From: Lama guanicoe
Taxonomy: Eukaryota
Assembly: GCA_013239625.1 (NCBI GenBank)
Contig: MU054100.1
Location: forward strand, 96,580-160,579
Reading direction: 5' to 3'
DNA: 64,000 bases
Positions 12,927 to 25,705 of this stretch are shown piece by piece. The notes below the pieces were generated by a model that was given only the letters and a program-made list of their open reading frames with translations, had not been told where the DNA came from and did no database searches. The position numbers were made by a program, and so were the translations under genes. How positions within the stretch are numbered: the first letter of the stretch is position 1; each line of letters opens with the position of its first letter.

Positions 12927-12965
12927 CAAAAAAAAAGAAAAAAAAGAAAAAGAAAGAAAAAGAAA
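12927..12965. repeat. A-rich (AAAG-like) simple repeat
   Basis: An A/G tract is directly visible. Confidence 0.8.
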
Positions 12966-13654
12966 TTAAGAAACTACTGTAGCATTTTCCCTATTGGGTT
13001 TATTTCCCTTCCCCCAATTTTTTATATAATGTTTCCCAAACTGTTGGAAAAAAAAAATCTAGGTTCACAGAAGTCAGTCATCTAAATCAGGACTAGTTGC
13101 TGTGAAAAACTGATCAGATTTGTATATTTCATAACTTGAGGAGAAGGAGAGGTGGAGAGAGTAGGCCAGTAAAAGAAGCAGAATTATAATCATCAAGTGT
13201 TGTTAGCATTATATAAATGTATTACTCCCAGTGGATAATTAAGGCTGCTTAATTTTCTGGCTTGACAGGTTCTGACATAATTTGTATTTCAAGAGTAAAA
13301 GTAAAACCATAGGGGGAGTAGTCTATAGAATTTCACGTATAAATTGAAATAATTTGTAAATGTAATTGTTATTCAGAGTGTTACGCTGGTCCTTGAATGC
13401 AGTTGACAGTTTTTCCCATGTGATGTTGACACACACCTTTTCTGTATATCATGATTTTTTTTCTGTTCCTTAATCTTTGCAAAGAATTGATCAGGTATTA
13501 TTTTTATCCAAAAAATGACTCTGTCCTACAGAGTAGTTTTCTGACCTATTTTTATTTTACCCAAACATTGATGAGCAGTTATTTCAAGTAGTTTCATAGA
13601 TAAAATAGAGTATTCTTTATGAATGCAAGGTGTTCAGATAGTGTTTATTATGAC

Positions 13655-14098
13655 NNNNNNNNNNNNNNNNNNNNNNNNNNNNNNNNNNNNNNNNNNNNNN
13701 NNNNNNNNNNNNNNNNNNNNNNNNNNNNNNNNNNNNNNNNNNNNNNNNNNNNNNNNNNNNNNNNNNNNNNNNNNNNNNNNNNNNNNNNNNNNNNNNNNNN
13801 NNNNNNNNNNNNNNNNNNNNNNNNNNNNNNNNNNNNNNNNNNNNNNNNNNNNNNNNNNNNNNNNNNNNNNNNNNNNNNNNNNNNNNNNNNNNNNNNNNNN
13901 NNNNNNNNNNNNNNNNNNNNNNNNNNNNNNNNNNNNNNNNNNNNNNNNNNNNNNNNNNNNNNNNNNNNNNNNNNNNNNNNNNNNNNNNNNNNNNNNNNNN
14001 NNNNNNNNNNNNNNNNNNNNNNNNNNNNNNNNNNNNNNNNNNNNNNNNNNNNNNNNNNNNNNNNNNNNNNNNNNNNNNNNNNNNNNNNNNNNNNNNNN
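13655..14098. other. N run, 444 nt (assembly gap or masked sequence)
   Basis: Directly visible. Confidence 0.99.
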
Positions 14099-14344
14099 TC
14101 GTTGCTTTAAACTGCTTTGTGTTGTTCAACATTGTGTGGACTGCAAAAACACTTCAGAAAGTGTGAAGTGCTGCAAAGATGCTGTCACTGCTATTGCTGC
14201 TGTCTTCTCATTTAACAGTTTGGATTTCTCATCTGATAGTATGGTGGAGACTTCTAGCTGCCTGCGCAATTTTAATTCTCTCCTTTTTCCCTAATAACAG
14301 ATCTTGACATTTTTAGGGGTTCCTGGTTTTTTAAAAAAATCATT

Positions 14345-14720
14345 GTTTCCCAGGCTTCCCGCAAGAAGCTTCAAAGCTAGAGTTATCAAGTGAATTATAA
14401 GCAGAAAGTACTGGGTAAGGCTTCTGGGAAATATCACTAAATGGGGCTGGCTCGACTTGCCCCTCATCTTGCTTGGCTCATAGATGAGACTGTCAGAACT
14501 CCAGCTGCCATGCTGTGCCCTAGAGGATGGAGGGCATGCACCAAGAATTACAGAGCAGAAAGACAGAAAGAGCCTCAGGGAGCTGCTCTAGCAACCGTGG
14601 ACCACTTATCACTGGATTTGTTTTATAAGAGAGAATAAACTAGGAAGAGAATTTAATTAATTCAAACTGCTGTAGTTGGACTTCTGTTATTAGCAGCAGA
14701 ATACAATTCCTATCTGACAG
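14345..14720 (+). mobile_element. MaLR MLT1 (J/K-like) LTR
   Basis: Motifs ccagctgccatgctgtg, agagcagaaagacagaaagagcct and gagagaataaac, with the end ttctgttattagcagcagaatacaattcctatctgaca. Confidence 0.7.
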
Positions 14721-15519
14721 AGACTCCCATATAGACTCTTCCTTTTTGTTTTTTCTGGTCATAGTACCCATATTTTGCATATGATTTCATATAAGTTTAA
14801 AGATAAAATTAGATTAGATTATAATCATCATATATTCTGATATCATGTAGTTTTCTATACGTATCCATGTGTTTTGTTACATAGCCCAGTACTGTTCAAC
14901 ATTTTTTGACTACTGTATCATACTTATACTAAAAAAGTGACCCTTTTCTCCAAAAAGAATCATCCAAGTTTATTGGAAATTTTAAAAATTTTGAAATCAC
15001 AAAACTTCAGTAAGATTTATTAGTCTTTGATTAAGGAAATAACATTAGATGAAGAATTTGTCCTTCATTTTGAGTTACTCTCTATATATCTAGACCATAT
15101 TGAATTTGTCTGTAATGCTTGGAGTAATGTTTGAGTTGTAACTTTTTCCAAATGCCCAAGGTCATGCTTTCATGATAAATGGAAGGATTTTATGTATTAT
15201 ATAATATACATACAGATATATATTATGTATATGTATATACTTATGTATAAATATACACTTATGTATAAATAAAATGAATTGCTCATAAAGGTGAGCTAGA
15301 AGGAAGTATGACAAAATTAGAGGTAATTCATTCATTTTTCTCTACACCTGGCTTTGCCTTGAATACTCTTTCCCTTCTTCTTTGCCTGATGAAATCCTAC
15401 TTATCCTCAAAGCCCAGAGCGGATGGCACTTGTTCTGTGAAGTCTTCCCAGCTTCCAAGACAGCAGAATTATTCCTCCTTTTCTCTTGCTTCCTAGGGCC
15501 CCACAAGAAAATGTGTTTG

Positions 15520-15715
15520 GGCTCTCATCCAGGCTCTCTGACTTCGAGCTTTCATGAGCCTTAGACATGTTACTGAATTTCTTTAACCCTCATGTTTCTT
15601 GTCTTTAAAAATAACCATAACAGTACCCATGCCATAAAGAAGCTATGAGATTAAATGAGGTTAGTTACATAAGGTCTTCACAAAGATGTCAACCCACATT
15701 TAACACTCAAATTAT
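15520..15715 (+). mobile_element. MIR SINE
   Basis: Degenerate MIR core: ctcatgtttcttgtctttaaaaataaccataacagtaccc...gagattaaatgag. Confidence 0.55.
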
Positions 15716-16799
15716 AGAATTTTTCCTCATCCTTATCTTCATTAGTCTTATGAGAATTATTCTTTTCATTTTTTTAACACTTAACGTATACTGTGCTTTG
15801 GAGCATTGTGTCTCTTAGAGGTAGAATTCTGTACTGTGTAGAGAAGGAAAAGTTTTCATTCACCTTTGAGTAGCCATGAACTAAGTGGTGAATAGGTCAT
15901 TTATTGAACAGGATAAATTCAAAACAAGCATCTTTTGAATGGATGAATTAACTAGTCAATGATTGAGTTTGCGTGCTTTGTACTTTGTACTTTGTGCACA
16001 GCCACTCTGAACTATTTATAGAAGTGTTTTGTTTGTGCTACTGAATCTACAAGTTTCTTATCTGATCACCTGCTCCAGAAGGGGTGAGATACTGCATCAA
16101 TTTGACACCCCAGATGGGGAAGATACTCATAATCTTGGCTTCTTTAGTCTGTCCTGCCACTGGCTGAGCCAACCAATCACAGGTGCCTTAAGAGTGAGGC
16201 AATGTGGCAGTGTGTGTAAAGTGGACTCTCCTGGAGTGAAATGCATGTGAAGTGGTTGGCAGCAGGAAAAGCGAGCCCTCAAGGGCATTCAGTTGGTGAG
16301 CAGTGCGTCCCTTTCAGCAGCCACCAAGAAATACAAATCTACCCACCAGATTGTGTTGTTTTAGTCCATGCTGAATTTCATGGAGTATAAATTCTTGTCC
16401 AATCTAAGCACATCTTTTCATAATAATTAACTTCTGTGCCTTGTGAGCAGAAAAGTGGCATCAGCTATACAGTGAAATGCATTGGCTTTATATCTGTTTG
16501 TCACAATGATTCATTGAGATGTTATAGGGAAGCAGATGCTTTTTATGCACTGCAAGCCTCTGCACTGTGGCTGCATATGCATGGCCAACACTCCTCATAT
16601 GTTGAATTAAGCAGGGTTTTAAGAGTGTAGAGCAGTAAGGTAGCCAAGTGTTAAACACCACTGTGGGAATATAATTTTGAACCTTTAAAAATTCATTTGC
16701 TCACTCCAAAACTCAGTTCCCTTTTCCTCCCTGGTGTTGGATCATAATTTAAACCCTAATCTTGATTTTTTTTTTGAGTAGAAGCTTTTATAAAGTTGC

Positions 16800-16980
16800 A
16801 AATCACTAGACTGGAAGTTCCTGTGCAAACTTGAATTCCAGTCCCAGATCTACCACTTTCTCTGTCAAAGATAGGCAGTAACACTTTCCAAGTAGAGATG
16901 TTATGATGATTTAAATGCAGTTGTAAGCATAGTGCATGTAGCAGGGAGCCTGGCATATACTAACATTAATAGTGAACGAA
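16800..16980 (+). mobile_element. MIR SINE
   Basis: ccagatctaccactt...gatttaaatg...gcagggagcctggcatatactaa. Confidence 0.55.
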
Positions 16981-16984
16981 AGTT

Positions 16985-17190
16985 ACTTTCTGGCTCTGTT
17001 CTATATGGATTGGTGTATTTAGTACTCAAGAAATCCTGTAAGGTGAGTACTGTTATATTGCATGCATTTTATGGATGAGGAAACTAAATCTCAGAGAAAT
17101 TAAATTTGCCAGGCTCATTCATCAAGAAAATGTGGAATCAGGATTCACTCTCATGCAGTTTTACTCCAGAGTTGGTGTCCTTAACTGTGC
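16985..17190 (-). mobile_element. MIR SINE
   Basis: Reverse MIR core: cattttatggatgaggaaactaaatctcagagaaattaa. Confidence 0.7.
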
Positions 17191-19043
17191 CCTTCTTCTC
17201 TTCATGAATTGTAGTTGACAAATCTTTGACAAAAGGTGAGAAAAATCATTTTGACCTTGCGTTGAGATTTGATCAGACATTGATTAACCATAGCCTCAGG
17301 GATGGCCATGATAAATTTAGATGGTTAGAAGAAATTCTCAAGAAGAGCCCGAAACCGTTCTGATTTCCAGACTTGGCACATGGCTGTACATCACAGGGCA
17401 TAGAAACCTAGTTTGAGCTGATGTGGGAGTTGGACCCAGAGGAGGGGGTGTTTTGTCATCTCTGTCACAGTCACATCAAGTATATTGGCTGACACTCACA
17501 CAGATTCTGTAAAGGAAGGTCATGGCAGAGCTCCTCTTGAAAGGGCAGCCCTTCAGCTGCTTTTGTTACTCTTTGGCTCCAGGTTCCTGACTCCTAGAAA
17601 AGCTCATTGGCTTCAGCCAGTCAACACACTCTTATACACATGATTTAGAAGCAACTCGAGGCATGTGATGAGGAAGAAGCCAAAGAGACCATGATGGATC
17701 ATGTTCAATAGGAAATTTTGAGTGGGAAAAACTGTGAGTGAGCAGAAACCATGGGATTAAAAATCGTCTATAAAATAGGAGACCAAAAAAACCCCACCAA
17801 AAAACAAACAAACAAAAAACCAAAAACACAGCACAGCTGACAGAGAAAGGAGTAGACTGGAGCAAATATTAATGCAGAGGCAGAGGTGGCATGACAGAAA
17901 TGCTGTTCAGCCCATGAGCAAGGGAACAAACAGCCCAACCTTCTAGCTACCGTGGACTCCAGTGTTATTCTTGCACTGGAAGCTTGGTGTTCAGAGTGCC
18001 CTCTTGTGTTCCCATGAATGCACAGGAATTCAGTACATGGGGATTGAATTTTTGCCTGACAAAATAATCTGATAGCACTCTCCCCCTCCCCACTGAAATA
18101 TACTAAGGACCTCTCTTATTTTCAGTCAAAAGAATGAATTAAAGTGTCTGTTCTTCACTGATTTTGCTGGAAGGGAGTGTGTGGTGAGAAGGGGAGAATT
18201 TTAGTTGCACACAGGTCTGGGCTGGCATCCCTTGACACTTATTAACTGTTGAGGGAGGGAGGGGAGCAGTTTTGATGAAGTAGTGGTGACTAGGTGAGTG
18301 TTTCGTCTCTGGCTTATATGAATGAATTTGACTGGAAACCTGATGACAAATTGATCTCCAAGCCAAACTGTAGACACACAGTAGTGAATTGATAATTTTG
18401 AAAGATATTAATTACATAAATTTCACAGATGAATATTCATCTTTTCATAGGAGAAAATTTAGGAAGATGAATGAGATTCTATTTGACAAGAATAAATGGT
18501 CCAGTTCTGGCAAAGCAAAATGCTGCATTATAGTCAGCAGTAATACCTTTCATTTATTTCCATGTTTTCCCTGGGTCATAATCATTTTGCAAGTGAATTT
18601 TAAGTAGGAAAATACATCACTCTCTGAGGCTCATAGCAGTGAGTGGCCCAAAGAGACATCATCATTTTTGACTGAGTTTTATCTTTTCCCCTGTTGTCAA
18701 AACTCTCAGGAATGTAATGTGTTTGAGAGTTTGCACTGGAAAATTGACACATAATGCTATTTTTCTTTCACTCATCACACTGCTTTACAATTTTGAAATT
18801 ACTTCTCTGTGTCCTAAACACCCTGAGGCAAAATCAGCCCCTTTAACACACACAGCCCTTAAGCCGTGTGTAGTTGGACACACAGTTGGCACTCAATAAA
18901 TGTTTCTTCAGTTAATGGATAAAAATATAAGCAAATGATGTTATCACTTGGTTGTATTTACCATGCTAGGATTAATATTCCTGAGGAGAAAAACTCAGTC
19001 AGCCAATAATTAATGAAATCCATCATGTTTATCCCATTCAGTG

Positions 19044-19199
19044 AGAAATTACTAAATATTTTAGAGCCCACTCTTTCATTGCTTTGAATTTTATTAGAAA
19101 TTACTAAATATTTTAGAGCCCACTCTTTCATTGCTTTAAATTTTATTAGAAATTACTAAATATTTTAGAGCCCACTCTTTCATTGCTTTAAATTTTATT
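19044..19199. repeat. Tandem repeat, 3 x 52 bp
   Basis: Unit agaaattactaaatattttagagcccactctttcattgcttt(g/a)aattttatt starts at 19044, 19096 and 19148. There is one mismatch across the three copies. Confidence 0.98.
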
Positions 19200-20399
19200 T
19201 TGAAATAATAAAAAGAGAAATTTATCTCTAGAGTTCCTACCCTCAAAATGATTACAGTTAAAAGGGAAATAAGTGACATGATTACTGGTAGACTTTTTGG
19301 AGAGATTGCTACCAATTCATATTGATTCTTGAAGTGAAGTTTTTCTCCCTTTGTTAGCAGTGGACAAATATAAGAAAACAAATGTGTAGTCTTGTAGAAT
19401 AACAAAAGTTCAAACATTATTGTTTTGTTTAAACCAAGGGAAATATGAATTAAATCAAGAGTATAAGGGCAGGATGGGACTAGTTCAAAGACAGAACCAA
19501 GAAGATGAATTAAAATGGAGCCAGAGCAAAAGCAAAGCTCCATATTGCTGGCCCTTTTCTGGGGAGCTTTCTTGCAGGAGGAAGAAAGTCTCAGACCTGA
19601 GTCAGCTTGATCAGTACATGCCTCTTCCTTGTGAACAGAGGGCAGCCCACTCCATCTCATAGTCAACTGCATTCCACTGGTTGCTTGGTTTTTATGATAT
19701 GGTATGACAGATTTCCTCAAAGTCAGTGGTTTTATTTCTATTCCAGTCTGTGGTTTTGCCATAGGTGTTGGCTTTAAGTGGTGTGTCTATTCAAGATTTT
19801 GTTGCTGGGGAAAGAAGTTGTCAGTTGACAAGCAGATGCTGGTTAATGAGAAATCATCTCTGAATTCTTGCTGTCTTCTCCACCTCCTCTTTTATTTTTA
19901 TTTATTTTTTTAAAAATCAGGTCCATGTCTGGGGCAGGGACAAAGAAAGCTCTAAACTGAAGAGAAGTCAAGCATTTGACCTTTGCTTTGTCTTGCTTTT
20001 TATCCATGAATTTTTTTTTAATTCCCCATTTTTGCTTTCCATGGAAAAGAGCAAGGACAGCAGTGAAAGCAGATCAAAAGTCCTTGTGCCCAACAAAGTG
20101 AAATTGCAGAAGGAAACCTGGTGGTGGGGTTCATCAGACCTGCACAATTTTTTCCTTCACTAGTTGCCTGACTATGGTGGTATTACATATCCTTCATCAG
20201 TTTCATAATCTTCAAAATGGAGAGAGACAATCTCAGATGATTGTGTGAGAGCTTAGTGAGATTATCTCCAAAAAAAACTAGCACAGTATCTGGCACTCAA
20301 CACATGTTAGCTAAGCTTAATATCTCTAAAATGGGAATAATACTTTTTATATTTGATAATGAAATGCAATAATTGTATTTGAAAGGATTTTTCTTTTGC

Positions 20400-20923
20400 T
20401 GCAAAATCAGTTCAAATTATCCTACTATCCAGATGTCAAGATTTGTGTCTGCTTCATATTTTTCTGAATGTCTTGACTTTGTTCATTGCAGTCTTCACTT
20501 ACTGGCTTCTCCATGACTGTACAATTCCAGACTTAACATCCATCTGTTGCCGTGCCGTCCAAAGAGAAGAGACATATCTTCCCAGTGTCCTCTCTTAAGT
20601 GCAAGGGAGCATTTTTCCTAGAAGCCCTAGAAAATCTTCCCCATGTTTCGCTGACTTAGCTTGGGTTGCAAGCCCATTCCAGAGCCAATCTGGTTAGTAA
20701 GGGAATATCAAGAACTGTTTTACTTGAGTTCTCAATCCAATTAATAGTTCAAGAACAAATTCAGACGCTTCAAGCCTTCCTTTGGCACTAGTGTGGGCCT
20801 TAACTCTTCTGAGGCACATGATCATAGTGGGGAGGGATAGATACTCAAAGGAAAGCTAGGGTTCCATCAGGAAGAAGGGGAAGAGTGAATACATAATACA
20901 TAAAAACCAAACAGCATTATTAC
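20400..20923 (-). mobile_element. Old MaLR MLT1 (K/L-like) LTR
   Basis: Motifs tttttcctagaagccctagaaaatcttcccc, agggttccatcaggaagaagggg and aaccaaacagcattattaca. The left boundary is uncertain. Confidence 0.55.
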
Positions 20924-22069
20924 AGTAAGTGAACGAGCTGCTTCTTGGCCAGGCATGTAGTTGATGCTCAATGTAAACTTAACTAAAGAAACTTCATAGC
21001 AAGTTATACAGGACCATTTACATTAAATGATTGACAGGGAACAGTGCTCTATTTTTTAAATTTTTTTAAATCATGAAATCCATCCAAAGTCACCCCTACA
21101 GTTTCTCCTGTACTGTCCTTCTTAGTAAGAAAAATTGCTGGTTAGTCCAAGGCACTGCTTTCAGGCCTATCAAATGCAGAGCTTTTTGGAGATAATCAAA
21201 ATGAATAGAAGACCCTGGAATGAACTTTCTTTAGAAACCAAATAGTTGATGAAAATGAAAATGACTTGAGTCTTCACAAACTAGCAAGTAAACCAGCACA
21301 AATCGATAGAAGAAGGTCATAAGAACACACACCTTCTTGATGCAGCTAAAAAAATGTAGTTTACAAAGCTGTTTGTCAGTGTCTTAACTTGTATGTCTCC
21401 ACGTGTCCTTTTTCTCTGTCAACACAAGACTTTCTAAGAGAATAAGCCAGAGAGCAGGCTCCTACACATAGCAAGCATGATTAAATATGTTTTGTGATGA
21501 ATGTTCAAGGAAGAAAATAATAAAAGCATAAAATCTCTCTGTGGGTCAATGCTGGAACACTTACATTGTTGATTCTTTCCTGGAAAACACGTTTATCCAC
21601 ACATTAAGTGGCTTTATTTCTATTTGACTAAGTCATCCTTCCTTCCTCTAGTGGCTAGTAAAGTATTGGCCATTGCCAAATGAACGCTGAGTGTCCTTTT
21701 GGCACTATTTGCCTGTTGCCTACTGAGGTCCCTGTTTTAAAGAGCAAGCAAGCATCAGGGAGAGCTGGGACAGTCCAGCCAGGCGAGGGGCTGGTAACCC
21801 CGGGCCACTGCCACTCCCGAGATATTCAGTGACTTCTGCTGAATATTGTCCACCTCTTCCTTCTTATCAGTCTTGCCCAAGAGCATTGGCCCCTACCAAC
21901 TATCCTTGGATTCAGGATTTAATAGGCTAGTTTTGATTTGTTACTGTTAATATCAGAAGTATCTCATCATAGTGGGTTTTTTACTTACAGTGTGATACCA
22001 AGGAGTGGAAAGTCACAGTGTCGCCTTGCTATAATTAGTTAGCCCAATCTCTGGCTGATGCTTTTCCAG

Positions 22070-22260
22070 TGATGTCTTTCTCCTCTTCCTTCACCTGACT
22101 CTACTCTCCCTCCTCCTCCTTCATTTTCTCTTCTCCACCTCTACCTTCAGTCTCCTCCATCTGTCCTTCCCTTCCACCCTCTCTCTTCTTACCTTCTCTT
22201 TACTCCCTTTGTATGTGGTTCCCAGCCCCATGCCCTTCCTTTCACCTCTCCCTTTCTCCA
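22070..22260. repeat. CT-rich polypyrimidine low-complexity tract
   Basis: About 190 nt that is almost entirely C/T on the plus strand. Confidence 0.8.
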
Positions 22261-23399
22261 TTATTAAATATTTATTGCCAGCTTATTGTGGGTAGATTGA
22301 TAAATATGAGTGAGACCATTATGTACAGCCTGTCACTTTAAGTGAGCTCTGGCTTGGAAATACGTAAAGCTAGATATAGTAAAAAGATGCTTTCAAGCAA
22401 CAATTTCAGGATTGTTAGATACTGGAAATAATGATCATTTCTCGTCCTACACATGTATTTCTTTATAGCACAATAGCTAAACAGCATTATTTATTTCAAT
22501 CAAAAGCTGTCAGATTCTACAGATGTGGCCTTTGGAGTTTCCCGATTCTTCAGAGGCCTTTTTGTGAAAGATATGCTGACATTTTGGAAAGCAGATAGTC
22601 CAAGTTGACATTTTTTCCTCAGCTGGATGAATTTTCAAGACACCACTGAGGCAAAAAAAAAAAAAATTTCAAAGCTCTCGCAACGTCTTTCCCTTATTGA
22701 AATGGGGATCTTTGCTTCCTAATTAGCTATTTAGAAGTAATTGGCATTTTTCACTGCTTCCTTTTCATAAGTGGGACATGGTTGTATAAGATTTGATGTC
22801 TTACCCTGAGAAAAACATGTATCTATCAATTAAAGAGAATGGATATTTTTTAAAACATTTGGGGTAAAAAGTCTGATTTTTATTCATTGATTTTTTTTAC
22901 CCATATTCTCTACTAAAAATTAGACAGAAAAATGTTCATAACCAAATGCAGTAGCCGCTTTCCAGTAGCAGCAGGGTTTGATTGCCCTCTTCCTCTAAGT
23001 CTTAATCGTATTGACTTTCATGGAGAACACTTCTGCAATTTCATATAAGACAAGGATTAAATGGGACACTGACAATGATATTATTTTTATTTTATTGTGA
23101 CAAACAAACAAAATCAAAATGTTTTTATTATCAATCGAAAATGTGCATCAAGAAAACACTAGTAGTGATTATATTTCTTCCTTTGAAAAGGACTCATTTT
23201 CTTTTCTCCACACCTCTTCCCAAATCCTCATGACTCAGAGAGGTTTCCTGAGCAGCAGAATGAGTTAGATGTTCATGGAGTCATACAGTCATACACATAC
23301 AAGAACTAAGGAAACCAAGTGCATCAGTTCACCATAAGTTGCCCAGAGAAATACTGGGAGGGTCTGTGTGGTAGAGGAAACAGTTATGTGAGCTGAGAA

Positions 23400-24075
23400 G
23401 AAGGTTAACCCAAGCTGAGAGTTTAGGAGTCATCCTGAACGTCTCTCCCCCATCATCTCCAGCCCAGCACCCCGCAAGTTCCCACACATCTGCCTTCTAA
23501 GAGCTCTCCCTCCCCACCACCACTGCCCTGGTTCAGATCGGCCTTTCAGTCCACACTCTGCTCTGCTGCTCAGATGGTGTCTTAAATGCTATCATTGCTG
23601 GCCCCAAACCCTTCAGTGATTTTCCTTTACTCTAAGGACAAAGGCACGGTCCTCACGTGGTTGGCAAAGGCATGTATGTCAGTGCTCTTTTCCAAACCTG
23701 GAAATCCTTTCCTCCCTCCGACTCCGTGCTCCAATCATACCGATGTCTTCTCAGTTCCTAGAATATATAATACTGTCTTCAGCCTCCAGCCCTTCTTCCC
23801 AAAATACTGTCCTAGGTTGGTGAAAACTTCTCTGTCCCCTAGACTGCTAAGATCTTTCTCTGACATATCATGTCTTCGTAGCACATATCACAACTTTCAT
23901 TTATTAACCTGTGTGATTAGTTGATTAATACTGACTCTTTAATGAATGATGTGATGACCAGATTATAAACCCTGTGATAACTAAATGGTAAATTCATGTC
24001 CCTAGTGCCTATTCCTGATTTCCCAGTATCTAGTATCATGCTTACAAACTCTAGTTTATGTGTCTGTAAATAAAT
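23400..24075 (+). mobile_element. L2 fragments
   Basis: taggagtcatcctgaacgtctctc, ccaccactgccctggttcag, and a 3'-end-like ...tagtatcatgcttac...taaataaataa. Confidence 0.55.
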
Positions 24076-24084
24076 AACCACCCA

Positions 24085-24310
24085 TGGAAGGATAGTAGAG
24101 GATAGCAGGCGTGAGATCTGATTTTTGCTATCAGGCAGACTGGAATTCCAGTCTTGGCTTCCTTGCTATCTACCTGTGTAACCTTGATCAGTTTACATAA
24201 TCATTCATAGACTCAGTTTCCAACAGAGCTAATAATGTGACACATGGTGATTGTAAAGATTAGATAATGTGTCAATACACTTATTGCCAGTAATGTGCTA
24301 TTATTATTAT
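24085..24310 (+). mobile_element. MIR SINE
   Basis: tcaggcagactggaattccagtcttggcttcc...tgtgtaaccttgatcagtttac...actcagtttcc. Confidence 0.65.
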
Positions 24311-25497
24311 ATTTGGCTCTCTGTTAATATTGCATTAATCAACATTCTAATTTCCCTTAAATGAAATTTATAGCAAGCTAGCCAAATGCTCTGTCAGTAT
24401 GATGTTAAAAATGTAGTCTTTTATTGGAATTTTTTTGAAGTTCTTTGGCGCCATTAGACATTAGGAATGGAACATTATTTCTGGCTCTCTTTTCTTTAGT
24501 TGTCTAAGCTTTAAATTTTGAGGTTTGGAATTTTTGCTGCTTCTGCCTAGTTGTCTGTGCTGTAAAATTTTGGATTTTGTCTACTGTCTGGCTCTCTTTT
24601 AACTGGCTTTCTTTCATCATTGAAATGTCTCCAGGGGGTCTTTTCTTCAGCCTGTAACCACACAGAGCGTCATGAGTGTTGGCAGAACAAGCATGCAATG
24701 GAGAGCCAATATTGAAAGACAAAAGCGATGCTCAAATTTCAACATTTTCAGGATGAATTTCATAAAATGGATAAGAAACAAAAATCTTTAATAAGCATAC
24801 ATTTTTTCCCAGTTGAAATTTCTTGAAATTCAGGAAAATTTAGAGAGGATTTATACAAAAGAATACTTTAATCTGTACGTTCTCAGAATTTTCAAGGATG
24901 CTCACATGACTAAATTAAACCTTGTATTTTCTTGTCTCTGAGCCCTTCTGCATGAATAAATAGCTTCTGGACCTAATCCATCAATCAGCCACTCTTGATT
25001 ATGTTAGCCTGTGCCTAGACTGCCAAACACCATGGAAGGCAGAAAAGACACAGAGTTCTTGCACATTAAAGAAGTTGCTGCCTAGCTGGGAAAATAAGAT
25101 CCCCACATGGATTAAAAAGAGCCAGAAAATAGACAAACATCTAAAATTTCATAGCATAGACGACAACTAGATAGACAAGAGTTCAAAAGAGTCTCCATTT
25201 GACCTTTGGTAAGAAAGGTAGCTCTCCTTGGATAGCAAAAGAGACTCCATTTCCTTCTGATCTTCCAGGTACTTTCTCTCCTTCATTCTGCACTTTATAC
25301 CCATGCTTATCACCCTGTATTACCCCGATCCCTCATTCTCCCTGGTCTCCTTCATTGCATAATCCCAGTGTCATGGTAGCCTGTATCAGGACAGTGTCGT
25401 GATGATGGGGTGAAGTAGCAAGGTTGGATGGCAAAGTTCTCTCCCTTGATATGACTTTTCTTAATCCCTAAAACCATTCTCCAGTATGGGTCTAAAC

Positions 25498-25705
25498 TAG
25501 GAGTCAGCAAACCTTTTCCGTAAAACTCCAGATAGTAGATATTTTTGATTTTGTGGACCAGATGTCTTCTCTCATAACTATTCAACTTTTCCATTTAGCA
25601 CAGAAACAACTGTAGACCACATGTGGATTGATGGATGTGACTGCATTCCAATCAATTTTTTGCAATTTATAAAACAGGCATGCCATACAAATCTGACCTG
25701 TACGT
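25498..25705. mobile_element. MER58-like hAT-Charlie DNA transposon
   Basis: taggagtcagcaaaccttttccgtaaaactccagatagtagatattttt...gtgactgcattccaatcaattt...aaaacaggc matches the recalled MER58A pattern. Confidence 0.8.

Noticed and set aside
13617..14294. Long ORFs spanning N runs (also at about 34.5-35.2 kb and 59.6-60.0 kb)
   Set aside because: Artefacts: N codons contain no stops.
16800..17190. Inverted MIR pair as a hairpin or dsRNA source
   Set aside because: The copies are too diverged and deleted to pair extensively.
19044..19199. CRISPR-like array
   Set aside because: Head-to-tail units with no spacers, in mammalian DNA with no cas genes.
19136..19762. 208-aa minus-strand ORF, the longest without N
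   Set aside because: No recognisable domain, composition typical of AT-rich noncoding DNA, and it ends in the tandem repeat.
23055..23165. ttaaatgggacactgaca as a Kolobok/UCON-like terminal repeat
   Set aside because: I found no matching opposite terminus, so the evidence is too thin.
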